Of a stretch of DNA of 64,000 bases, positions 23,971 to 36,773 are shown one piece after another (the first letter of the stretch is position 1; every line of letters starts with the position of its first letter). The DNA is taken from positions 2,174,597 to 2,238,596 of the forward strand of contig NW_003314273.1 in the NCBI RefSeq assembly GCF_000143415.4. The letters are read 5' to 3'. This DNA is from Selaginella moellendorffii. Lineage: Eukaryota > Plantae > Lycopodiophyta. A model generated the notes under the pieces. It ran no database searches. It worked only from the letters and a program-made list of their open reading frames with translations, and was not told the DNA's origin. A program made the position numbers and the translations under genes.

Positions 23971-25039
23971 GAGCCGGTCAACTTCACGGACTCGCCAACG
24001 TGTCGGCCCTCGTGTGCACTCTTCTCTCCGCGTTCTCTGGCAGAGACGGGCTGTATTTAATGAAGGCTAGTGTCCTTGGTGTTAAGGACACCGCCCGTTG
24101 ACTTGGAGCTCCCAAAAAGCCACGCTCTGTCGTGTATACGTACATACGCTTTCGGATGCATACAGTGTCGGCGGCTTCATTTTACCCTTTACGTTCCCAT
24201 TGTGGCATCGTTCCGTACCAGGTCCCATTGCTCAAAAGTTGAACGCAAGATGAATCGTCAACGCCGGTGGAGTACGGCGTCTCCACGCGCCAAATTTTAT
24301 CCTTTAGTCAACTCATATATGATGCTCTAATCTTATCGTATCTTCATTCATACGAATATGCCCTGGGATCATTACATTTGTAACAAGAAAGCCCTAAACT
24401 CTCCCAGTCGCACACGTGGCCAGCGAGTTGACGGCCGTGATGCAGTAAAGTCTACGCTATTATGGGCCACTGCCAATTTATACACATACGACAATCTCTA
24501 CCCCTTTTTTTTGGCTCACGCTACACAGCTAAGACAGCGGAATGACGGGATTCCGCCAAATTAAACGGTAAAACGCCAGATTAGTGGAAATGGATTAACC
24601 GGGCTGGTTTAACTTTAACAGCGGTATTAACTAAGCGTGGTTAAGACCAGAAACTTCGTGTGCGCTGGGGCGCGCCAGGTATATAATTTTTTGGAGGAAC
24701 TTCTTCCACGGCGGTCAAGAGAGAGAGGCGCAAACGAAGAAGAGAAAGAAGAAGGAAGAGGAAGAAGAAAAAACTTTGTGTGCTATGGTATGGCAGCTTG
24801 AGATTCGCTCGCTCGAAATTTCCGCTGGTGCGCCTCGCGTTTAAAGAAATCTCTCTTTCCTCCCTTTGGAAATTGGAAGAAAGGCGTCGATTTTCTTGGG
24901 GATCTCGATGGTTTTGGCGTCCGGTGGGAGCTCACATTGCGAGGAATTCGATTCGGTGTGGCGGAGGAGCTGTGATCGGCGGCGAGGAAATCTAGCGTGA
25001 GAGTTGCTGCCGAGCGATCCAGAGAGTAGTATAAGGGAG

Positions 25040-26412
25040 ATGGGGCGAGCTCCCTGCTGTGACAAAGCGGGGCTCAAGAAGGGGCCGTGGACGCCCGAGG
25101 AGGATCAAAAGCTCGTGGCTTACATCCAGAGGCACGGGCATGGGAGCTGGCGAGCATTGCCCAAGAATGCTGGTGAGCAATTTGGAGTGGAGCTTCTTCT
25201 CCCTCGCATCGTTTTCTCACAGAAATCGTGAATTCCTCCAGGGCTCCTGCGATGTGGGAAGAGCTGCCGGTTGCGATGGACGAATTACCTCCGCCCGGAC
25301 ATCAAGCGCGGGCGATTCTCGGTCGAGGAGGAGGAGATGATCATCCGGCTCCACGCGATTCTCGGCAACAGGTGTGGAAAAAAGGAATTTTTTTTTGGTG
25401 GTCGTGGTCGTGTGTGAGATTTCTTTCTCTTTGTTTGTTCCTTGCGCGTCCCTCTCATGTGTTCTTCGTGTTCTTCGCAAATTCCCCTCCAAGAACATCG
25501 CGAATTGGTGTCTCATGGCTGTGATTGATCTCTAGGTGGTCTGCGATTGCCGGGCATCTCCCAGGAAGAACAGACAACGAGATCAAGAACTACTGGAACA
25601 CCCACCTCAAGAAGCGATTGCTCCAGATGGGCATCGATCCGGTCACGCACAAGGCGGCAGCCGCGGCGCGCATTGGAATGGGGATCATGGAGCACTACCT
25701 CTTGGATCATCACCACGCCACCCTCTTCTCCAAGCCCGCGAGCTTCCTCTTCTCCTCCAACCCCACCTCCTCCTCCTCCACCTCCTCGGCGAATTCCTCG
25801 TCACACATGGCACAGTGGGAGATCGCGCGCCAGGAGGCCGAGGCGCGCCTCGCCCGCGATTACATCCGCCTCGCCCAGCAGCAGCAGCAATCGCAAGGCC
25901 AGAGCGACGAGCACGAGCTCCACCAGCATTTGTGGACGATGCCAGCGCTAGATCACGGGAATTCCTCGCCATCCTCACAGCTCCAGAGCTCGGATCTGGC
26001 CTCGCAGCTCCAATTCCAGTTGCAGCTCCAGCAATTCCACCACAATCACGCGTCCCCGACCTCGACGCTGTGGTCTCCGGAGGGATCCGCGAGCCCGCCC
26101 AGCTCCACCACTACTCTGTTCGCCCCGGATCAATCCGTGGATAGCAGCGGCTTCTTCTGCTGGAATCACGCGCCCAAGCGCGAGGTGGAGGGCAGCGACG
26201 AGATCCTGGCTGGGATGGGAGGAATTCTCCCGGGTTTGTCCTCGGTGGTGAGCCCTGCCAGTGGATTGGGCGAGGTGTTTGATCCTCTCACGGATTGCGA
26301 GCTCCAAGACCACAAGCAGGAGACTCTGGCCGTACTCGAGTGGCCCGATGCCGGCCCATCGCACAGCAAAGATTACTGGAGCAACGTCTTGAAGCTGGTC
26401 GGATCATCGTGA
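25040..26412 (+). CDS. R2R3-MYB transcription factor, subgroup 9 (MIXTA-like)
   Basis: Exons 25040-25172 (133 nt), 25242-25371 (130 nt) and 25536-26412. [41 protein letters not shown] and the SG9 motif [19 protein letters not shown]. Confidence 0.95.
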
Positions 26413-27949
26413 TCCATCACACCAACCATGGTTTTTCTTTCTTTTCTTTTTCTTCTCTCTCTTGGTTCTCGTGATCTCTCCATTCCGTACAACTGATCAA
26501 AGGATGGGTGGGTTCTTCCGTCAACTTAGCAAGCGCTACACTTTCATTTACACACTTTGGAGGATTGATGGACAGCGCACGGCAAAACGCTAACTTGTTC
26601 TTGTTTGGACTGGGAAGAAATCGTTTCCAGTCGGGTTTGCTTCTTCCATCATCGATCTCGCTCGTCTCGTTTAGTTTTTCGTCTCACCCGCCAGCTCCGC
26701 TTCCTCGATCCATCCCAAAATTCTCATTCATTTGGCCTGCGCGTCCATTTAATGCCCTCCGGGTCGCTTCTCTCCTCCGGCCTTGCTCCTTTTGGCTACA
26801 ACACAACACCAAAGTTACAGAGCGGACGACTAAACAAAGCTGGCTGCTGGCGAGCAAAGCAAAATCCATCTTTGCTCTCTCAGAGATCTAGTCTTACTAC
26901 GATTCGCGAATCCATCATCCAACCATATAAATATAAAGTGTAAATCCTGTTCGATCTTCTCGTGAGTAAAGAGAAGTAGTCTTAACTTTGAATGCTAGTT
27001 TACTTACCAGGTCCTTGTTCCAACTTCCAGGGTTCCAGGAATTTCTTCCATGCTTAGTTTATGCACACTTGATTTATTCAAGGCGACTTATTCCAAGTAT
27101 CCTGGGACCTCAGGCAAGAACAAGAGAACAAAAGGCTTGCGTTAGCCATGGAGAAGGAAGGATTTGTGTGTGTGAACACATTACCTCTTCAAGCGAATCT
27201 ACGTGTGCATGGACGCCGACTTATCCTTGATGGTTTTTGGTCTTCCGTCACTCTCCAGAGCTTTCTAAAGTCGAGAACACCAAAACAAAGTGAGACAAAG
27301 TAGACCAAGGATTGATTATACCTGCGTGCTCGAGGACGGAACCATCAAGGCGGTATGAGCACCAAGACAAAACGACCACACAAAGAAAATATTTTCCTTC
27401 TCCAATCGATTCTGGAGTGAGTGTGCCCCCGCTGGATCAACTTTTCGCGATCTTGTCCATTGACTTTTGCGCAGCTCTCTCGACAGCGAATGCTCCTGGG
27501 ATCTCAGCCACAACACAGTACCACCACCTCGATGGAAATTCTCGCGAGCTGGAAGCAAAAACAAGAGTGGTCACAAGTTTTTCAATCCTTTCCTCTTTGT
27601 CAACGTACCTTGTTTGGAAAAGCCACGCAGGAGCAACCACGCGGCCTGTGTGACGTTAGAAGAAATTGTACCACGCCTTTTGGGGCCGAGAGAGTGGGTT
27701 CCACTGTGTGCTCGTCATCCACACCAGCCTTTACCATCGTCTTTCCAAGCATGCATGTCCGCCGGGAATTGGCTCCATTTAATGCCGTGAACTTTGAGTG
27801 GAACTCTCAGCCTTTGCCCCGTCGTCATCGCTGATTCATCGTCTCTGTGTTACTAGCTGTCTGTCGCGTGGACTTCATAAATCTTCTTCTGAACAGATCT
27901 CTCTCCATCCCCTGACTCCTTTTTTTAATCCCTTCTTCTTCGTCGCTGC

Positions 27950-27973
27950 TTCTTCTTCTTCTTCTTCTTCTTC
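27950..27973 (+). repeat. (CTT)n microsatellite
   Basis: Run of TCT/CTT trinucleotides. Confidence 0.8.
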
Positions 27974-29642
27974 CACTTCGTCCCCAGATATGATATGACC
28001 ACCACCAAAGTCGTCTGGGCGGCGTAATTCCCATCCCGGAGCATAAACGACGACTTCGTGTAGGATGTGGGCTTGATGTGTGTCGGGACAAACCACCAGC
28101 GTGGACTAAGTTGCGATGCCATCACCGGCACTTCCGAAAGATACGGGTTGATCTTCTGTGGTCCTCTTCTCCGCCTCAAAATCCTTTGCATCGGTCAAGT
28201 CAGTCGCGGTCGTCGTTGTCTTAAAAATAAAAGAGGCAGAGAAAAAAGGTAGACCGCGCTGCCGCTGACGAACGAGTGAGAGCATAAACTTGGTGTTGTC
28301 GTCGACGTCGAACTTTCGCAACGCGAGAATTACGAGGGGGGTTGACTCTGGAGCTCAAATCTCAATGGCCTGATACTGTAACCACTGCCACTGTTGCGGC
28401 TGCTGCTGTGTCTTCTCTGCTTTGTCAATCTTCGACAAAAAGCTCACTCTTTTCGGTCTTGGCGAAACAGTTTCTCGTCCCAGTCTCGGCGCCCGCAATC
28501 CGCGTCGGAGGAAAAGCAAAAAAAACTCTCCGCCACCACCTCCTTTACGAGTGATGGAGATGGTCCGTCCGCGGCCCCATCATTTCCTCGTCTTCCTTCA
28601 CACTCTACACCACTGCTGGCTGCTGCTCGTGCTGCTGGATCACATGATTCTGACCATGCTGCTCTGATCTCCCCCGCCCCTCACTTTCACCAGCGCGAGA
28701 TCCGCACGCAACTTAAAAAAAAGGGGGAGCGAGAGCGTCGCAAGGACCTTCCAAAACTAGCTCTCGCGTCTTTCCCCTGTAACCTGTAGCCCATCCCTGC
28801 TAGAGCCTGTCCTGCCAGCTCCAAAAAGCGAGAACGCCTCCTCTTGTCTCGACACTTCAGTGTGGTCCTCTCCTACGGAGTCCGATCAGCGGGAAAAAAA
28901 AAGAGAAGCTTTTTTCCGCCAAAAGGACTTGTCCTCTTCGCTGTGCTGCTCCTCCATGCCTGCCTTCTCCTCTCCTTTGCATTGAATTGCGAGGGAACCA
29001 TAGTTTAGTGGATCTAACTGATTTCGGTTGGTCCTCGCTCCTTGTCCAAAACAACCAGGCATTTATACCAAAAGCGGTGACTTGAATGACCAATCTTGCC
29101 TGTGCACATGATCTTGTCACCAGTTGTATCCCAATTAGAGCTCTTTGTGGAAGGAGCGAAGCACACGGACCACCATGGCCAGCTTTCCGTGCTCCCTGCC
29201 AAGAGTGACAAAACAATGTGAAGCTCAAATATCAGGTTTGATGGGAACAGTACCGTGACAACCGAATGTGCAGTGTTGCCAAAGCGAAAGGAGAGATTCT
29301 TTTTGGGATTTTGAGAGTTTAATCTTTGTTTTTCTGGATGCCAGGAAGGAAGAGAGAAAATGGAGGTGGTTTTTTTCTTTTTATAAACACACCTGCGCAG
29401 TTCCACAAGGTACGCAGTTAGGAGGCGGAGCGTAGAAGCGAAAAAAACAAGAGGAAAACTCCACCTTTCTAACACGAAGTCCTCACAGCACTTACTTGCG
29501 AACGTACCAAGAATGACAAGAGCTCCGAAAAACACAGAGAGAAGCTCTCTTCACTTTAAGAAAACCAAAATGTTACAGCATAAACTCGTCAGAAGCAGCA
29601 CTAGATACAAGCTAAAACGTTTATGGCAATTCACCTGGGAAC

Positions 29643-32479
29643 TCAGGAGTTTGGTTTAGCCAGCCCTGTCTCAATGCGTCTAATCTCGAAGATAAGCATC
29701 CGCCACATCTTGAGCACAAACATTTCCGCCTCATCATCCAAGACAGAGAGCTTCTCCAGCATCGATTCAGCACTTACATGTTTGCAGGTGTTGTTCACAA
29801 TGAAGTCGACGAAGGACACTTCCTCCTCCCCCAGATACTCGGTTATCTTCTTTGAAATCCACGGTCTCATCTTCTCGTGGAGTTTATGCTGCAAAAAAGG
29901 GACGAGGAAAACGCCACGATGTTAGCGCGCCAAGATGAGATACAAATCCACGTACCTTATCATAAATCGCCCAGTCAACTCTGTAATTGAAAAGCTCCTC
30001 CTTTGTCTTTGGAATGCTATCTATCAACTGCTTGGCATCCATTATTTTCGAGTTCTCGTCCCTGTCCCGGTCCCGGTCTCTATCCTTTCTGCTTTTATCC
30101 CTGTGCCTCCGATCTTTTCTGTCATCCTCCGCAGATGGCGATCTCTTTGTTTTTACTGCTTGCATCTCCTCAGCAGAATAATCGATAGGAACAAGAGGAC
30201 GTAGCATCCGATCCTTGGGCATCTCTTCTTCGTCCTCTTGGTGGAAAAGTGAAGGAAGTGTCGCACGTTTTCCAGTCCCCGAGATACCAAATCCCAACTT
30301 CTTCGGTATGTTTTTCATCTCTTGGTCGCTTTTGGCGGACTCTCCAGCAGTAGCTTCGTAGTCATCATTAGCTGGGCCATCCTCATCTGACAGGAAAGAA
30401 AACCATTAGAACGCAACGATAAAACTGTTGAACAAGAACGTACTTTCACTGTCAATCTCCATTGTGACATCTTCCTTGCTTGCTTCAGCAGCCTCTTTCG
30501 CAGCACGTAGTGCGTCCTGCATCTCAAGCTCCACCTTACGCCTCTTTGCCTCGAGAAGTTCCTCTTGCTCTCTTATAGCATCAGCGATATCCTCTTCCTT
30601 TTCTCTCATCCTCCTCCTTCGTCTTTCCTCTGGCCTGTAACGCCGCTTCTTCCCTTCATCATCACTATCGTCCTCCTGCTCCTTCACCTCCTTCTTTCTT
30701 TCACGTTCCCTTTCCTTCTCGCGCTCTTTGTCATGCAACCGCTGCCTGTCTCGTTCTCTTTCGCGAGCTTCCCACTCGCGCTCGTGCTCTTCATATGCAC
30801 GATCAATGTCCCGATGCTTAGCGTTGCGGTCCCTGTCACGTCTAAACCTCTCCCTTTCCCGGTCCCTTTCAAACCTCTCAACGTCTCTGTCATTCTCGCG
30901 CTCCCGGTGGTCTTTATCCTTTCTTCCCCTCTCGGAAGAGCTAGTTTCCATTCTTTCCACCCTGTCACTGCTGTTCTCGTCGTCATTTTTGCCACTCAAA
31001 TCATCTAGAGAAAAAACAATCAAACAGATTAAGATCATTTGCAACCATATAGATTGCTTACCTTTGACATCTGCATCTTTGGATTTGGCAGACGCGTCTC
31101 GAGTCGAAGGAGGGCGTCCGTCTGCATGGGGTCGGAACAAAGGTCTAGACCTCGCACTATTAAGCACAAAAACCAGTCGTAAAAACCGTAAGCAATGCTT
31201 TGCTACGTTACCGATCTTCAAGCAAGTGTTTCAATCTAATCAGTGCATCCTCATCGCCCTTTTTATCTGCCTCGTTCACAATGCCAAAAGCCTTCGGATT
31301 GCCGTCGGCACTCTTGACAGGTTTTTTAGAAGGCTGAACTTCTACACCAGGAGCGGTTTCGCTGTCTTCTTCCTGTGCCGCCTCCTCTAGGAGCTTGTCA
31401 TTCTCTTTAGCTGCTACATATCTCTCGAGATACTCACGAGTATCCTTATTAACATTAAGCTGCATGATGGAAGCAGTTAATACGCATGGAGATAGAAAAA
31501 ACTTCAGTCAAGAATTACCACTAGCTCTTGCCCATCCAAGCTATTCTTGTTCAAAAGCCGCAGTGCACGAAGAACTCCTTCCGCGTTTTCAAATTCGCAG
31601 AATCCAAATCCTTTGGGAGCGCTTGCTGTTGGATCCTGAGCCCGTTTCCAGCTTTTAATAGGTCCACATAGCTGCATACAGGTTATAAGTCTCAACGCAA
31701 GCATGAAAACGAAGATAAACAAACCACTCTTACCTGGAGAACATTCCGTAAGAACGCATCCTCTATCGTAGGAGCAATTTTCCCGACGTAGACCGTTGTA
31801 AATGGTTTCTCATATGGACCAGCTCCGAAGATGGGCTTTGCGGACATGTCGGGCATGCCAGGAGGCTTCAAAACTGGCAAAGGTCGCATACCTCCAACCG
31901 GTGGTCTCGCCGGGCTCCCGGCAGCAATTGGAGGGGGACGGGGGAACATCGCTGGCCGAGGAGCCGGAGCGAATGGAGGAGCCGAGTACCTCGGACCAGG
32001 GACTGACCAAGCCGAGCGTTAGAAAGTATAAAAAAACAAACTTTTTGTATGCCAATTGTTCCTTCCTTAGATATGGCATGAAGAAGATTGAGAGAAGAGA
32101 CACTAGAATGCGGAGTTCAACTAGAACTAGGAAAATAAAATTTTCTAAAAGCATACCAAAGACGACAATTCACGCCATAGAGATCGGGCGGTTTGTCCAT
32201 GGAGAGCTGTAGGAGAAAGAATCCCGTGATCAATCGATTACCAAGCACGGACACACACATTCTATGCCAGTGCAAGAAAAATGCATCGATCTATCTAGCA
32301 ACGAGGAGAGCAAAGCACTGACCTTGCCCGGCCGGCGGCGGCAAATACCCTGGCATTGGATAGCTTGGCAAAGCACGGACATTTCCAGGGCTGGGCGACG
32401 CAACAGGAGGATTTGGAGCCCGGATTCCTCCAACCACCGCCGGCGCTGTGGCAACGCTGTCGTGAGGAGATCCCGCCAT
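29643..32479 (-). CDS. RBM25: RNA-binding protein 25 (RRM, RE/RD-rich region, PWI domain) splicing factor
   Basis: TTVYVGKIAPT, KGFGFCEFENAEGVLRALRLL, an RE/RD-rich exon and PWI MRPWISKKITEYLGEEE...FVLKMWRMLIFE. Confidence 0.93.
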
Positions 32480-32893
32480 TGCCGCTCCCTCTCAGGCTGC
32501 GAGCGCCATCGCCACAAACCCTAAACACAAAATCGAAGACCTAAAAATGGCAGTGGCAGGAATCGATCCATGTCCGGTCCACCGCTTCCGTACGTGGCTA
32601 GTGGCCACGTACGAATGGGCCCAGCCGCCTTGTCCTCTCGCTTTTGCTTCTTTCTCTCTTCCGTGTGTGGTGGGTGTGAGGGTTTGTGTTTGGGGCGCGA
32701 AGCTTTTGTGATCTAGGGTAGCGCCACCGCGGCGGCTGGAGATCTGAAGCTCCTCTTCCTCGATCTGCGAGAATAAGGTATCGATCGATTGATCGCTGCG
32801 CTCTTTCTTCCAGCTTCTGATGGATCTGATTGAAATCATGTGGTGCCGTGCTGGATTTCGGGGGATCAGCTGCTCTAGCAATCGTCTTCCGTG
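32480..32893. promoter_or_regulatory. Short divergent promoter/5'UTR region between RBM25 and ADF
   Basis: Telo-box AAACCCTAA at ~32516, inverted ACGTGGC pair at 32589-32613, site II TGGGCC at ~32616. Confidence 0.55.
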
Positions 32894-33490
32894 ATGGTAG
32901 GCTCCGATTCTAGCTCCTCTCGATCCAAAATTAGGTTTTTTTCCTCTAGTGCGTGCTTAGCGAAGATTCTTGCAGGCTAATGCGGCGTCCGGTATCGCTG
33001 TCCATGACGACTGTAAGCTCAAGTTCATGGAGCTCAAGCGAAAGAAGACCCACCGCTATGTGGTATTCAAGATCGACGAGAAAGCCCAGCAAGTAGTGGT
33101 GGAGAAACTGGGAGGACCCGATGAGAGCTACGAGGCTTTCACCGCCTCTCTCCCCGAGAACGATTGCAGATATGCCGTCTACGATTTTGATTTCGTCACC
33201 GACGACAATTGCCCCAAGAGCAAGATCTTCTTCATCTCCTGGTAAGTTGCAAGCCCAAGCTCCATCTTTTCTTCTTTTCTTCGTTTGGATCTCTATAGAT
33301 CTTTTCCTCCCGTGGTTCTTCCAGGTCTCCGGACACCTCTCGAGTGAAATCCAAGATGATCTACGCGAGCTCCAAGGACAGGTTCCGCCGAGAATTGGAT
33401 GGAGTTCATCTGGAGCTGCAGGCCACAGATCCAACCGAGGTCGATTACGATTGCGTCTTGGACAAAGCCAAAACCAACGCTGGACGCTGA
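32894..33490 (+). CDS. ADF: Actin-depolymerizing factor
   Basis: ATG-only first coding exon (32894-32896), then exons 32976-33241 and 33325-33490. [21 protein letters not shown]...[10 protein letters not shown]...[19 protein letters not shown]. Confidence 0.96.
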
Positions 33491-33866
33491 AGAACACGAA
33501 AAACAAGAAGAAGAAAAAAAAAAGTTCCTCGGAGATGGCACACAGTGACCACTTTTGAAAGGGGCCTAAGAAAACAACACGAATCAAGGCAAGCTTGCCA
33601 GTGGGGGGGTGGTATTTGTTATTCTGTACATGGTGGTTCTCTTTTCTTTCCTTCCATTAGCTTTCGTTTAATTTGATTAAATGACAAGAGTTTTTGGATA
33701 ATCTGAGCGTGGTTATGGCTAAACTGGTTAGGGTTCTTATGATTTGGAGGTTTCAGTAGAGAGGGGATTAGGCTATGGCGACTTCCGGTCGTGCGATTCG
33801 CGGATAGGAGCACGAAATGGCGTAGCGATTCACGGTCTGTGAGCTCGAAATCTCCGGCGCCGTGTC

Positions 33867-34708
33867 ATGGATCCCGCTGCGGGCACCGAAATTGCGGAGG
33901 GAAATCTTCTCCGCATTCGGACCAGCCTCGGCGACGATCTCCAGGGCCATGTCCTCGCCTTCGACAAGGCTCTCAACATGGTCGTGATTCATATCCTTTT
34001 GCTGCGCTCGATCTCGCGCTTCTTGCTGGAAAATCCGCAAGAGCCCTAATCTCGCGTGTTCGTGTTCTTGAGCTTGCGCTTCCTTGACTGGTATGAACAG
34101 GAGAGCGGGGACGTTGGTGTTCGTGGCAACCTTCGCTTCCTCAAGGCGACTTTCATCAAGGAGATGACGGTGATCAAGCAACTGGAGGACTCTTTCGATT
34201 CCAGGCCGCGTTTCATCGACATTGCCAGCCTCAAGGCTCGTGAAGACGCTGCTTTGAAGTGGAAAATTGTGATCGTCTCTTTGTTCTCCAGTTCTCATTG
34301 TTTGCGCTCTTGGCAGGCAGGCTATGGCCGAGGCGGAGCGAATCGGCGTTGGAGTGACACAGGAAGCTCAAGACATCTTCGATGCTTTGTCCAAAACGTA
34401 AGCGTTCTCTTCTTTCGCTACGGCTATAGAACTTTGCGTGAGAACTTATTGTTCTTGATCCCAGGCTTCCAGTGCGGTGGGACAAAGCCACAATTTTGGT
34501 GATGGGGGACGTTAGAGTGAACGAGCCATACCTCCCAGAGAACGTTACTGGCGGTGCCACGGCGGCAAACGATCGAGTGAAAAAAGTGGTAAGCTCCGAA
34601 AACTTCGATCTTCCAAAAGTGGTTTTTGATCGATTCGATCGTGTTTTGTTTTAGCTGGAACTGGAGAGAATGCGGCTCCAAGCTCGCAGTTCTTCCGCAA
34701 ACCCGTAG
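33867..34708 (+). CDS. LSM12: LSM12-like protein (LSm + anticodon-binding domain)
   Basis: [46 protein letters not shown] and VRVNEPYLPENV. The first intron is AT-AC. Confidence 0.88.
33991..34098 (+). other. U12-type AT-AC intron
   Basis: 5' site ATATCCTTT, branch site TTCCTTGAC at 34080-34088, 3' end AAC. Removal gives the in-frame V-I-Q-E. Confidence 0.92.
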
Positions 34709-35001
34709 GAGCGAGGCCGAGAGAGGTCACAAACGAGATCGAAAAAAAAGAAGGAAGAGATCGTCCAACACCACCACCAACACCACAAAAAAAATCGTTC
34801 CAGGCAAGCTTGAGGCAGCAATGGCAGAGGAAACTTGCATCGATCGATCGATTGATCGTCTTCTAATCTTTCCTTTGTCACACTTTTTTTTCCTTTTCGG
34901 CTCCTCGGCGGAGCTGCTGATTCTCCTCACTGCTTAACACTGTAATCCCCTCGCTCTAAAATTCTTTGTAGCTTTTGTTGTAGCTTCTCTTTGGATGGAA
35001 A

Positions 35002-35023
35002 GCGAGAGAGAGAGAGAGAGAGA
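35002..35023 (+). repeat. (GA)n microsatellite
   Basis: GAGAGAGAGAGAGAGAGAGA run. Confidence 0.85.
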
Positions 35024-35129
35024 TATTTCCAACTATAGCCAAATCGACGGTGGGATGGACGAAAGAAGAGAGGATCGGACGGTCCGGGAGCCATTGGTTC
35101 CCTCCATAGAATTTTTGGAGCTTGGGGCT

Positions 35130-36480
35130 ATGGCGGCATTTTCGTGCTGGGCGAATTTGCCCCTGGCAGCGCGAATTCTTCCAGCGTCGTCCCCGCCGCT
35201 AGCTCCTGGCGCGTGCCGGGCAGTGGTGCCGGGCGTGAGATTGCGGGGTTCGCAATTCCAGAGGCGATCCTTTGATCCCGGCCACGCAGCGGTGATTCTC
35301 GCGGTTGTCGAGGAAGAACACAGGCCTGTGTGGGTGAAGCTCGCGGCTGCGGCCAGCGCCGCCGCGGTCGCGGTGATTCTATCGACGGGATTTGCCCTGG
35401 GAGACAAGATTGGCTACTACACCAGGTATGCCGCCGAGTACAAGAGGCGGGGGATGGAGCTCTTTGTGGAGGTATGGAAATTCTCGAAATGTAGCTTCGA
35501 ATTTCGAGAAGTTCTCTTGGATTTCTTCGTGTGCCAGGGGGATTTGAATGGCTCGCTCGAGTTCTTCGATAAGTGTTTGGAAGTTCTCCCCGATGACTTG
35601 CCTTGTAAGTCGAGAAGTATGATGATAGTTTTATCTCATTTGCTTGTTTCTGGCTATATAGATCTTTGGCAAAGAGGCCTCACGCTGTTCTATCTCAACA
35701 AGTAGGCACACGAATTTTCACGTTTTGGATTCCAACTTTCTGGCACAGGTTTGAGGAGGCGGCCTCTCAATTTCGCGAGAACATCAAAGCTCGACCAGAT
35801 GATACGGAAGAGGTTTTGTGGATTTGTTCGTTCGAGACGTGAGGTTGTTGATCATCCTTGCTTGCGTTTTTCTTGTAGCTTGTGTGGTGCTTTCTCTGCG
35901 ATGCTCACATCGATGGATTGGAGGAGGCTCGCAAGAGACTACCACCCGTAAGTTCGATCGAGATTAGAATTCTCCAACTCTTTTGTGAGTTTTTGATACA
36001 ACAACAATGCAGATTGGCGACGATGACAGGCCTTTCATGAACAAGATTTATGAGCTCTACAAAAACGGAGGAGATCCACAACAGGTGAAAGAGAGAAAAC
36101 TCTCAAACCGAGAGATGTTCTAACGAGGTTCTTGTGACGTTTCAAGGCAGATGCTCTCAGATTTGGGTGTTGACGATGGCCAGGAGTATTTCTACATGGC
36201 ACTGTACGCAGCACTCTACTATGACGCTCAGGTAGCCAGCCATCCATCGATTTAGAAACGCCGGGACTAACTTCTCTTTTGGATTCCTAGAAAAACTTGG
36301 AAGCTGCCAAAGCAACCATGGAAGCAGCTTGCCGGAGCTCTTATGGATCCAAGTAAGTTTTGTTGGAACAAGCATTCGTTCTCTACATTTATCTTGTGCA
36401 GGGCCAAGGACTACGTGGCCTACATTACCAAAATCCATAGCAAAACACGAAACTGGGAGCTCGTTCCAGCCACTTCGTGA
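35130..36480 (+). CDS. TPR-like (NlpI-like) protein with probable plastid transit peptide
   Basis: RRGMELFVEGDLNGSLEFFDK, YLWQRGLTLFY, PDDTEELVWCFLCDA, EYFYMALYAALYYD and KDYVAYITKIH across short introns. Confidence 0.82.
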
Positions 36481-36773
36481 ACAGGAAGAGCAAGAGCCTT
36501 GGTTCTGCCACCATTCCGGCTCTATCTTATAAGATACAGGAGAAAGATTTTCTCGCGAAGCTGTAGTTCGCACGACGCAACCATAGCGCTGTGCTTGCCG
36601 ATCACGGTGGCTACTCGTCCAAGACACTGGCTGCGACCATATCAAACACCATGGTACTTTGCTGATCATGGTCTTCATATGTGTTATAAAGTAAAAACCT
36701 GGACGAAAGATCAAAAATAAAAAGTTTGTACCTTCAAATCTCACGAGCTTGAATGTTATTGACAAAGGCGACT

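Noticed and set aside
29025-29175. Possible miRNA hairpin (TCGCTCCTT / AAGGAGCGA)
   Set aside because: Only 9 contiguous pairs with large bulges, and no match to a miRNA family I recognise.
14186-34098. Functional clustering of the 59K gene, RBM25 and a U12 intron
   Set aside because: They are separated by unrelated genes, so the proximity is most likely coincidental.
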